DNA of 64,000 nt from Amoebidium appalachense (Eukaryota; Protista; Ichthyosporea), in NCBI GenBank assembly GCA_963693365.1, contig CAVNZM010000016.1:1355062-1419061 (forward strand). The letters run 5' to 3'. Numbering within the stretch: the first letter of the stretch is position 1; each line of letters begins with the position of its first letter. The translations under genes were made by a program, and so were the position numbers. This document shows, piece by piece, positions 1 to 13,900 of this stretch. The notes beneath the pieces are model-generated. The model saw only the letters and a list, made by a program, of their open reading frames with translations. It was not told where the DNA came from and did not search any database.

Positions 1-196
1 ACACAGACACAGACACAGCAACCAAGCCAGACCAGAAGACACGCACAACACGGAGGGGAGCGGGCGGACGACGCGAGGACGAACCCCCCGCCCCAGCCCC
101 CCCGCGCGCGCGCCGCGCACACACAACACACACACACCCCCCCCCCCCCCCCCCCCCACGCCCCCCCCCTCCCCCCCCCCCCCTCCCCCCCCCCCG

Positions 197-230
<34 letters not shown>

Positions 231-248
231 ACCTACCCCCCCCCCCCC

Positions 249-283
<35 letters not shown>

Positions 284-349
284 ACCCCCCCCCCCCCCCC
301 CCGCGGTGGCGGGACCCCAAGCCGCGGGCCCCCCCCAAAGAAGTAAAAA

Positions 350-1710
350 CTAGCTACAAGGGGGTCTATGAGCTACACTGTGTTTTTGTGACCTCGTCCC
401 AGGGCACACCCCATCCCCCCATAAACTTGGTAAATCTCCGTGCTAGAGGCTGTTCTGTGGGTAGTTATTGAAAAACCAATAATGTCTAGGTAACATATGT
501 ACATATACTATGCTACAAGGGGGGTTCTATACGAGCTACAACGTTGTGTTTTTTTCGTGTGACCCTCGTACTCCAGGGGCACATTCACCATCCCCCCCAT
601 AAACTGTGTGGTAAATGTCTCGTGCTAGAAGCTGTTCTGTGGGTAGTTATCGAAAAAACCAATAATGTGTAAGTAACACATGTGCATATATTATGCTACA
701 GGGGGTTCTATTCGAGCTACAACGTTGTTTTTTTTGTGTGACCCTCGTACTCTAGGGGCACATCACCATCCCCCCATAAACTTGTGGTAAATGTCTCGTC
801 GAACTTTGATAGAAAAAACCAAAACATAACCACTCCCCGGGCCCCGTACCCGGGCCACACCATCCCCCCCATAAACTTTCACCAGAAAAATAAAAAACGA
901 GCCACGTTACCCCTACTCCAGGCCCACCATCCCCATAAATTTTAAACTTCTAGAACTTTCGGTATACGAAAAACCAATAATTTAATAACACATGTACATA
1001 TATTATCGCTACAATTCTATTCGAGCTACAACTTTGTTTTCGTTGACCCTCGTACTCCAGGGGCACATTCACCATCCCCCCATAAACTGTGTGTAAATGT
1101 CTCGTGCTAGAAGCTGTTCTGTGGGTAGTTATTGAAAAACCAATAATGTCTAGGTAACACATATACATATATTATGCTACAAGGGGGTTCTATTCGAGCT
1201 ACAACGTTGTGTTTTTTTCGTGTGACCCTCGTACTCCAGGGGCACATTCACTATCCCCCCATAAACTTTGTGGTAAATTTCTCGTGCGAGAGGCTGTTCT
1301 GTGGGTAGTTATTGAAAAAACCAATAATGTGTAAGTAACACATGTACAAATATTATGCTACAAGGGGGTTCTATTCGAGCTACAACGTTGTGTTTTTTTC
1401 GTGTGACCCTCGTACTCCAGGGGCACATTCACCATCCCCCCCATAAACTGTGTGGTAAATGTCTCGTGCTAGAAGCTGTTCTGTGGGTAGTTATTGAAAA
1501 AACCAATAATGTGTAAGTAACACATGTACATATACTATGCTACAAGGGGGGTTCTATTCGAGCTACAACGTTGTGTTTTTTTCGTGTGGCCCTCGTACTC
1601 CAAGGGCACATTCACCATCTCCCCTTATAATTTGTGGTGAATTTATCGTGCTAGAAGCTACTCTGTGGGTAGTTAGTGAAAAAACCCGATGCTTATAAGT
1701 AACGCATGCA
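350..1710. repeat. ~180-bp tandem repeat array (about 7 copies; copies nearest the window start are degraded)
   Basis: Unit TATGCTACAAGGGGGTTCTATTCGAGCTACAACG...GTAACACATGTACATATA recurs at ~509, ~692, ~1173, ~1354 and ~1537 (period ~181-183 bp), with scrambled copies at ~350 and ~830-1000. Confidence 0.9.
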
Positions 1711-1929
1711 CAAATTGTCATCATAGCATTACACTACCATAGTAGTTGGTCGACAATAACGATATATTGGGAATGTGGACACCATATTGTAAACCAAAAA
1801 ATAATAACACCATAATATACTACACATACCTAACAATGTATTGTGAATGAATAAAATACTTGCTTACGTGCTGGTAACATACGAGAAACAAGGATTCTCT
1901 CGCTCTTTTTTTCTTTCTTTTTTGTTTGT

Positions 1930-4720
<2,791 letters not shown>

Positions 4721-4976
4721 CGTGGTGATGGGTTTGGGGGGGAAGGGGGTGAGGGGAGTGAGGGATGTTTCGAAGAAAGAAAAGTATTGCAAGTAACAAG
4801 GGGGCATAAAGACATAGGACTAAAACAAAATGGAGGGGGAGGAGGGGGGGATGCTGTAAACTTTGATGCGTCTCGGGGACGTGTGTAGGGACTGCGAGTT
4901 CTCTTAGATTTGCATTTCAGAATTTTTACTCTATTCCTCCAGGTTTTTTTTATATTTTTTTTAGGGTTGGGTTGGG

Positions 4977-5030
<54 letters not shown>

Positions 5031-5439
5031 GTCATTACTTTCCTGTATTATCCTTTATGCTACTTCAAGTTTTATACCCTACCGCTTACACAGGATGTAG
5101 GCTGGTGAAAGGTTTAATGGTAGGACGTTCGGTGACGTTTGTACCACGGACCACGGGAACATCTTCCCCAGGAACAGTATTCAAAACAAAGAACTTTTAT
5201 ATTTTGAGGTGCTAAAAACGTGAGGACCACTTGTTATGGCCGTTGCCCTTCTCAATCTTGGTACGGAAATGCACCCATATTATACTGCAAATGTATTGTA
5301 TTTGACGTGTGTATATCGTACAGGTACTGGTAGTATATTGATAGTACCTCCTACGTAATGATTTGTTCGCATTCGAACATACTGGCAGTATATACTGAGA
5401 CTATAACCAATATATGGTGTCCTTAGCTGTGTCCGTATT

Positions 5440-6420
5440 GGTGACAGTATTATAGATGTATTCGTGACATTGCCAATACCACTTGTGCCTTAGATATTCG
5501 CAATAGGATAAAAGTTTTCTTGCTATATCATGTTTATGTCCTACTAATATGGATGTGATATGGGTAGGATATGATCTACATAATGTCAGTATATGTCCAC
5601 CCTAATACCACGGTATTAGCAATGTACTGCGCATACAAGGACTACACTCCGAACATGTTTGTTGAACATGTGTTGGCAATACATTCACAATATTGCAACT
5701 ACATAGGTAAAGTGACCTGTTCTTTCATCCCCAATATTGTACCAATATATTGGCAATAAAATACACGCCCCATATTTTCGGTTGCTTTTACCTATTGATA
5801 ATAGGTGCATAATAGTCTTGATATTGTGACGGATACATTGGCAATACATTTGGACCGTATTGAGACCCTATTATAAGCATATCACAACCCTATAACCAAT
5901 AGCGACGTTATGTTTGTATCGGCCATATGGGACATATGTGTTGGGTATATTGCCAATAACCCAAAATGGTCAGGAATAATACATTCATAATATATTGGCA
6001 ATAGTCTTGCCACGTTGGACAATACCATAATTTGACACAAAATTATCCTACATTTTATATATTCATAACTTATTGACAATACTCCGCAAGCAATAGTATA
6101 ATACCGAATAAATACATTGACAATATCGAAATTGTATTGTTAATAGGCACACGTACACGCGTTTTGAGATATTGCCAGTACATTACTCATACGGTATATA
6201 GTTATTGGTGGTAGACCCGGCATGGTATGACAATAATATCAAAATATGTTGCCGATATTACGTCAATATTACAGTTCTATTACACTTCTATAGCGTCTCT
6301 ACCACAGAAAATCTCTACTCGCAATACATTGGCAATGGATAATTGATATTACTTCAGTATTAATCTGGTATTTTTACGATATTGGCAATAGATAATAGCC
6401 TCACAATATTGGCAATACCG
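5440..6420. repeat. AT-rich region densely seeded with the palindromic motif (T)ATTG-N-CAAT(A)
   Basis: Exact or near matches at ~5469, 5673, 5749, 5837, 5948, 5993, 6071, 6115, 6327, 6380 and 6406, at irregular spacing. Confidence 0.6.
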
Positions 6421-6429
6421 CCGGGAAGT

Positions 6430-6728
6430 TTGCTGATGAAAGAAAAGAAAGAAGGAAGCGGGAGGAGAGAGAAAGGAAGAGAGCACGACAACAAACAAGA
6501 AGAAAGAAACAACCAGAGAATTAGACACAACATGTACACGTCTCTCCCTGAGTGGGTGGACCGTGACACACAATAAATGTTCTTCGATCACATACAGGAG
6601 CCGATACAACACGATACAAGAACAAGAACGGAGACGGCACACACAAAAGGAATGTGGACACTAAGAAGAACTGAACAAACACAACTGAGAAGATCACCAT
6701 ATGTAAATACGAACAACATAGCATGACA
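6430..6728 (-). mobile_element. Relic/partial LTR related to the copia LTR at 16651-17585
   Basis: Shares ordered blocks with the copia LTR: CATGTACACGT.TCTCCCT..TGGGT.GAC, GCCGA.ACAACACGAT and AACTGAGAAGATC...ATATGTAAATAC. Ends in ...GACA at 6728 (TG start on the minus strand). The other boundary was not found. Confidence 0.6.
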
Positions 6729-6833
6729 ATGTCACTAGCTGCATTTGATTGGCTGCGCTGGAAAACGCAGTAGGCCGTCGAGAGTGGGTGGGCCCCCGGC
6801 AGTGTCCATGCAATAAAAAGTGTGTAAACCCCC

Positions 6834-7370
6834 ATCCTGGTTACCGAAGTTCCGATTTTTGTCTGCTCGACGGTCCACCGGTCTGGCCGCCCCCTAGAAG
6901 CCATCACCCCAGACCACGTCAAGCAGCACTACCATTTGTTATCATCCGGCCGCAAGACATGACGTCATGAACAGCACCGGCCCTCTGACATCGACGGCGT
7001 GCCGCTTGGGCATCCCGGCAGCTCATGATCCCGGCCCAACGTTCAAGTGGGAGACCAATCCGAGTCACCGGCCACGGTTCGGGTCAGCGTCCTGGGCATG
7101 GGGTTTCCCTTTCAGTCTTTATGTTTGTGATGTGTCCGGTGTCGCTCCCGGTTGGTTTAAATTGAGCTGTGCTCACGAAGTTCCCCACTAGCGTTGCTGC
7201 GGCTAGAACCGTGGGATAAGGCGTAACTAAAAATAGTGCCAGTTGGGGTCAATAGAATTGACAGAGTTGCTATACATATACAGTACGATCTGTGTCTAGG
7301 CGGAAACGGTAAGCTCCCCTGAGCCAGTGCCTCGCTGGGAGTGAAACGGGATAAATGAAAAAAATTAAAA
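6834..7370 (+). mobile_element. 5'-truncated copy of the tRNA-headed SINE
   Basis: Colinear reverse-complement match to 18841-19343 from ATCCTGGTTAC to GTGAAACGGGATAA, followed by an A-rich tail. Lacks the A box and most of the tRNA-like head. No TSD found. Confidence 0.8.
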
Positions 7371-7639
7371 TTGTCGCGGGTTTAACTTTACACCCGATTT
7401 AAATCAATCATCGCCGTCAAAGCGCCAGTAGTCGCGCAGTACCCACCCCATATAATCCCCCTCCTCTTCTGTTTCCATATCGGTCGCACCTCCGTTGCAG
7501 GCTGCTCAGCCTGGTCTCTCTTCCAGCTCGTGAATCCAATGTGTGATATTCCCCCGTTGTTTTGAACTTAGAGTCATACACAGCCGTGATGCTTCAGCTG
7601 CACGCTGGCGTAAAGAAACTTGAACGTGTTGGGGGTGGA

Positions 7640-10600
7640 TGTCATGTGCTGAGCTGATTCGTATTAGTTTACTTCTATATTTTGTGTTTTGGTGAGTTAA
7701 TTTCGGGGGTTTTCTTGCATAGTGATGCCGGGGTCTAAATGGGGTATGAGGAGATTAATCAGTGGTATGGGGAGAATCTGATGCAGCGGCGGCTGATTGT
7801 TTGGTGCGCGCGTGCATGCCCCATGCCTCTGCGTACTCTCCATGTTAAATGTTGTATTGCTTCTTGCTGTGTGCGTGGCGAGACCCATGTTGCCTGCTCG
7901 CGTGTGTGTATGCTTATATGTATTGTGAGTAAACGTGTGTACGTGTTGTAGTGCTGTAGGGGTGTCTGAGGTCGCGGTAGCCAATGGTGTGGAGTGCGTG
8001 TAGTCTGTGGGGGAGGGAGTGTTGTGATTGGCTGAATGTCACTGTGGTATTTGTCTGGCCAGTGGGCCGCGTGTCTGTGAAGTGTCTCGCGGGGTCGCGG
8101 GCTTTTGGAAGTTCTTCTCAGAACACAAAAAACTCGCTTCCCACCCAACTCAAAGAAAAGTTTATACGTATACACGGTTTCGAGCCCCTTTAAGCGTGCA
8201 GATAGTTAGAGTAGTTTGTATACACACTGTTTGTAGCCACGACAAGCTACACCCCCTTTCTCTGCAGTTTTTTGCAGGGAGGGGGCACACGCACTGTTAG
8301 TCCTTCTGGGCTGTTGCTTTCACCCCTAGTTTTTTTTTTCTTTCACGCCTAGCGGTTATGAGTGGCTTTGACTTAGGACTTTTTCGACAGTTAGAGGTAA
8401 AAGAAACATACGCACACACAGGCCTACAGCTAGCAACAGTTGGCATAGGCAACATGAGCAGTAGGACTAGTATCACAGGGGACTTAGTCCTCGCTAAGGA
8501 CCTCGCCCTCCCTAGGTGGCTTAGCAAGCTCAGGGCCGTTTGCCCAGCAGAGGCCACTGAGGGGAAGGACGTCCACCCCCGAAGGAGGCCACACTCACAG
8601 AACACGGTGGGCCCCAAGTGGAGCCAGAAGGGAAGCACACAACTGCCACCGACGAGCCGTCTGTGCGCACGGTGCGTACGCCCGCACAGGGCGGGGGAGC
8701 CCGCAACCCGGCCGCACCCAGCTGGCCGCCCGCACGAAGCGGCCAAGCACAGGTGCCTATTGTACAGGCGGCCCGGGGACGTGGTGGAGGTGCGCCGGAA
8801 TGAGCGAGTGGCGAGGGGGGGCCAGACTGGACGACGGACGACGACGGAGGACGCGACCAGACAAGCAAGACCCCCCCCTCACATCTGGACCGGCAGACCC
8901 ACGAGCTGCGTTCGTGCTCTGTGGCTGGGGAGGACCGGGAGGCCCCTGTGAGATAGAGTAGTGGAGGTGCCGGAGTGGGTGGAGGGCGGGAGGCGGAGCG
9001 AGGAAGAGGGGAGGGGGAGGGGGAGGGGGGGGGACCGCCCCACTGCCTGAGGGGGGCACGGGGGGAGAAGGACCAGGAGGGGGGGAAGGGAGAAGGTACG
9101 GGACCGGAGAGGGGGAGGGCAGAGGCCTCAGAGGGGACCGGCGGCGGTCACCCTCCCCACGGCGCTACCAGCCCTACCAGCCACGGCCACAACGGGATGA
9201 TGGGCCAGGCTGGCGTCGTCGGGCGGGACAGCAAGAGCCGGCGCCGGACTCTTTCCCAGGCACCTGCGACAACTGCAAGGAGCGGGGGCACACATACGCG
9301 TGGTGCAAACAGCCCCGTCGTGGGGGGACGTCGGTGACCGTGTTGCAGGTATGAAGGTTTTATTAGAGGGTAGGCCGTCTCTTGGGTTGTTGTTGTTGTA
9401 TGGGAGTTGTGTGGTGTTATTTTTCGGCATATTTTCTACTGGTGCCTGGCGTTTTCGACGTGTGTATGAGTCCTGTGTTGGCGACGTGTGTGGTTAGGGT
9501 CAGTGGAATAGAAAGTCCTGCTGCTGTCTGGGAGCTCGGCCCTCTGACGAGGGGGCTGGGGGGGGGTCGAAGTGTAGTCATGGCAGTGGCAGGCCCCCAC
9601 TGTTGTGAACCCCCGTCGTCAAAGGGCCTGGTGCTGAGGCCCCTTGGAGTGGCTGCCCTGGGCCTGGTGTTGAGGCCCTTTAGAGTGGCTGCCCGTAGTG
9701 TTGTTGAGTAGTGTTGTGGTGCCCAGTGCAGCAGTAGGCCTTAGACACACCGCTGGGTAGGGCACGGTTGGGGCGGAGGCATTCCCAAACCACCGGGACC
9801 TACGTAGTAGGAGTCTTGTCGGGTAGAGGAATGGCCAGCAAGAGAGTCTGGAGGTGTACGTCACATGAGTCTGGAGGTGTTCGTCACGGCATGTTTGGTT
9901 GTGTTAGGAATTTTTGTGGACGGGGGCTACGTGCGTGTAGAGGTTAAAAAAAAAAAAAAAAAAAAAAAAAAGACATCCGACCCCCGCACATCTTTCTATT
10001 TCCACTCGATATAACATGTGCCAGGGGCAGGGGTGGGTGCAGGTTGTGGACGGGGGCAGAGGTGCACTACAGGGCAACGTCAGTGGCGGTTCATATTATC
10101 CTTGTTTTGGGGTTGGGTTGGGTACTAACCATGCTGGGGTGGTGTGTGGATGTATGTATATGTTTTATGTTATATGTTAAATGTTGCTTCCTGCATGGGT
10201 AGCGGTAGTTGTAGTCGCTCAGCACATAACTTTATTTTGTTTTTAGGTAGTTTTTACTGAGGTGGAACTCAGTTATTTTCTTGCGAGGGGGAGTTGTCAT
10301 GTGCTGAGGAAAGGCGTTAAATGGGGTAAGGAGATTAGTGTATGGGGAGAATGATGCAGCGGCGGCTGATTGTTTGGTGCGCGCGTGCATGCCCCATGCC
10401 TCTGCGTACTCTCCATGTTAAATGTTGTATTGCTTCTTGCTGTGTGCGTGGCGAGACCCATGTTGCCTGCTCGCGTGTGTGTATGCTTATATGTATTGTG
10501 AGTAAACGTGTGTACGTGTTGTAGTGCTGTAGGGGTGTCTGAGGTCGCGGTAGCCAATGGTGTGGAGTGCGTGTAGTCTGTGGGGGAGGGAGTGTTGTGA

Positions 10601-10817
10601 TTGGCTGAATGTCACTGTGGTATTTGTCTGGCCAGTGGGCCGCGTGTCTGTGAAGTGTCTCGCGGGGTCGCGGGCTTTTGGAAGTTCTTCTCAGAACACA
10701 AAAAACTCGCTTCCCACCCAACTCAAAGAAAAGTTTATACGTATACACGGTTTCGAGCCCCTTTAAGCGTGCAGATAGTTAGAGTAGTTTGTATACACAC
10801 TGTTTGTAGCCACGACA
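7640..10817 (+). mobile_element. Non-autonomous gag-only LTR retrotransposon (LTRs 7640-8244 and 10295-10817)
   Basis: Two direct repeats both start TGTCATGTGCTGAG and end CACGACA and are near-identical over ~480 bp. A purine tract GCGAGGGGGAG precedes the right LTR. The ~2-kb interior has a CCHC knuckle but no visible RT/IN motif. No clean TSD. Confidence 0.8.
8358..9354 (+). pseudogene. Frameshifted gag-like coding region of the LTR element
   Basis: ATG at 8358 opens a 197-aa ORF. A TWWR motif lies at 8779-8790 in another frame. Zinc knuckle C-D-N-C-K-E-R-G-H-T-Y-A-W-C (CX2CX4HX4C) at 9265-9306 is followed by TGA at 9352-9354. More than one frame change is needed to join these. Confidence 0.6.
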
Positions 10818-10959
10818 GAGAAGAACAATACGTAGACTTGTTCCTGCCTTTGTAGCGACAGGTGTTTCGTCCGTCAACGAGTAAGTATTCTCGTCCCTCG
10901 CATTTTCAGGACACCTCTTTTCCGACCCCAGACATCCCGTTTTATGATTAGAGAGAAGT

Positions 10960-13900
10960 TGAACATACAGACACACAAACAACAAAGGACATCAAGCAAA
11001 TTTAGACACGTATTTATTTGTCGCTAATAAATACCTGAAATTCCCTTAATTAAATCCATACATGATTTCCGACCAGTCGGAATAGATCTATGTCTAAAAT
11101 AACCAATCATAATTACTGATTATTTCCCGGAAGATCCGGAGAGCGGGAACACACACCATAGGTCAAGCTATAAGAAAGAAAAGAGGTGAAGAGAGAGGAA
11201 AGAGGTGGTGTTCTAACCTACACGGCTACAAAGACCAGACATTTCTGACTAAGTCCACTGATTGGATATAGTACGGCAACACACAAAACAAAAGTGGTTG
11301 ACTAAGCTATGAATCATACCTGACAAGCTAAAGTGTAACCTAAGTGTTTTTCTACCAATCAAAACATAACGAGTAATATAAATCTACTCAACGTATATTA
11401 GTGAGAGAGAAATATAATTAAATGAAAGGAAACAAGAGAAGAAAGAAAGAGAAAAGAAAAGACGAAGAAAGAGGAAAAAGAAAAGAAAGCAGGACAGAAA
11501 ACACGAACAGCAAAACACAGTTATAACCGAAGATATTCATGTACACATAACATGTACACGTGTCTCCCTCACTGGGTAGACTCGTGTACCTATAATCAGT
11601 TGCTGTAATCGATATCTAAACACACGAATATAGCCGACACAACACGATTACAAGTACTCAAATACACTGGAGATCGATGTCATAATTTACGTACAAGGAG
11701 CACATCTTTTTCATTAAGTAAATGAATGAAAACATAACACGAACTGAGAAGATCTTACAATATGTAAATACTACGTATTATAACATCCCCACTTAAGACT
11801 TTGAAGTTTGTGTTATCATATCCCCACTGAACTAGTGAAATCTCCCCACTTGAGAACAGAAACGGAAAAAAAAATAAAGTGTGTACTTTTCCGGGGGGGG
11901 GGGGGGGGGGAGGGGGGGGGGGGGGGAAGGGGGGGAAGGGGGGAAGGGGGGGGGGAGGGGGGAAGGAACCGGGGCAAAAACAACGAATATATATAACGTG
12001 TATAGGCGGTTTTGATTAACTGGGTTTTAAACCAGTGAAAGATAGAGTAGAGTGATGGTACGGGTCAACCTTATATATAAACCCTAAGTGGGCATACCCA
12101 CAAAGGCAATACATATGATATAATGATGTTGATAAAGTAAGTAGTACACATGAGAAAATCACTCTTGAAGTAGGTCGGGTCAATCCACAATATCCGGTAA
12201 ACAAAGTCGAGCACGATGGTGGACATGACTCGGGCCGGGGAGGGGTTGGTGAGTATGTCAGCTAAGTTGTGGGCTGACTCAACGTAGTGGACAACCACGT
12301 CCCCACTGGCAATGTAGTCCTTGGTGTTGTGATACCGGACGGCAATGTGTTTGGTACGGTGCTTGATGCCGGTGGAGTTGACGATGGCAATGGTCGACTG
12401 GTTGTCACAGTACACCGGAGTCGGAGCAAGCATGGGACAGCCGAGTTCCTTGAAGAGGTCACGGACCCAAGCAACTTCTTGGGTGCCAGCATTGAGAGCA
12501 ATCAGCTCAGCTTCAGTGGTGCTGGTGGCCGTGATGGGCTGGAGCTTGGAGTACCAGATGACGGGCATACCAGCAAACACGATAATGTAGCCGGTGGTAG
12601 ACTTCTTGCTGTCGGCACAACCAGCAAAGTCAGCATCCGTGTAGCATTCGAGTATGGGGGACTGGGTGGCCGAGTACTTGTAGTCAATGCCAAGGTCAAT
12701 GGTGCCGAGCAGGTACCGGGCCACACGACGGAGAAGGTCCCAGTGAGTCTTGCCGGGGTTGGTGCTGAACCGACCAAGGAAGCCGATGGCATAGGCAATG
12801 TTGGGACGTGTGCACCGTGCCACCCAGAGGAGACGGCCGAGTAACTCACGGTAGGGCACGGTGAACGGTTGGGGGGGGCAATCAGCCAGGGAGACGGTGG
12901 TGCCTGCAGGGATGGGGGTAGACTTGGACTTGGCATCGGTGAGGTTGAAGTCGTGGATGATATCCATGATGTAAGACCTCTGGTGCATGTGGAGGTGATG
13001 GGGATCAGAGTGATTAAAATCAACACCGAGCATACGGTCAAATGGACTCATACGACAGCTGGCCATCTTGCTGATGTGGGCAGCCAGGTCACTGGAAGCA
13101 GTAGAACCCCGGGTGTTGGTGATGGTGGAGTCATCGACGTAGTTACCAGCCCGTACCACATCGTTGTTGGGGAAGAACCGGAGGTAGATGCACGGGTCGG
13201 TCTTAGTACGGGTCAGGCCATGGGCAAGAAGAATGCCGTCGAGGAAGTCGTACCAAGCCTTGGAGGCTTGCTTGAGGCCGTACAGGGCTTTCTTGAGTCT
13301 CCAGACCTTGCCAAGTGTGGCCATGGTGATGAATCCCGGGGGTTGTTTCATGTAGATGGTCTCGGTGAGTGGGCTGTTGAGAAAGGCCGTAGACACGTCG
13401 AGTTGATGTATGTCATGACCTTCAACAACGGCCAGAGCTAGGATGGCACGGAGAGCAGCCGGACGGATGACAGGGCTCTCAATCAACTCATAGTCAACAC
13501 CGTATTGCTGACTGAAGCCTTGAGCAACACCACGTGCCTTGATCTTGGTGTCACCAGCCGAGTTGAGAGTTTTCTCGGAGACAATCCACTTGAAGCCGAC
13601 GATGTTAGCACCAGGGGGAGGGTCAACAAGTTCAAAGATGTCTTTGTCGACGAAGGCTTGATACTCAGCAGTCAGGGCTGACTTGACCTGATCACCATTG
13701 GGTCCGGAACAGAGTTGACGGACAAGTTTGGGTAGTTGGTCGATGTTGATGGGGGGACCGGGGGGGACTGGCAGGGTGGTGGTGGCTTGAAGTCCAACCT
13801 TGCCCTGGAGACGGGCAGAACGACGGGGTGCAGGAACCGGGGTAGGTGGAGACGGGTGGGGGGGGGGAACTTGGAAGTTCGGAAGTGCAGGGGGGGCAAC

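Noticed and set aside
1-340. Long C-run region as a possible telomere or G-quadruplex locus
   Set aside because: No regular telomeric unit, and adjacent repeat copies are corrupted, which points to low-quality contig-end sequence.
350-1710. Regularly spaced repeats as a possible CRISPR array
   Set aside because: Whole 180-bp units repeat with no unique spacers, there are no cas genes, and the context is eukaryotic.
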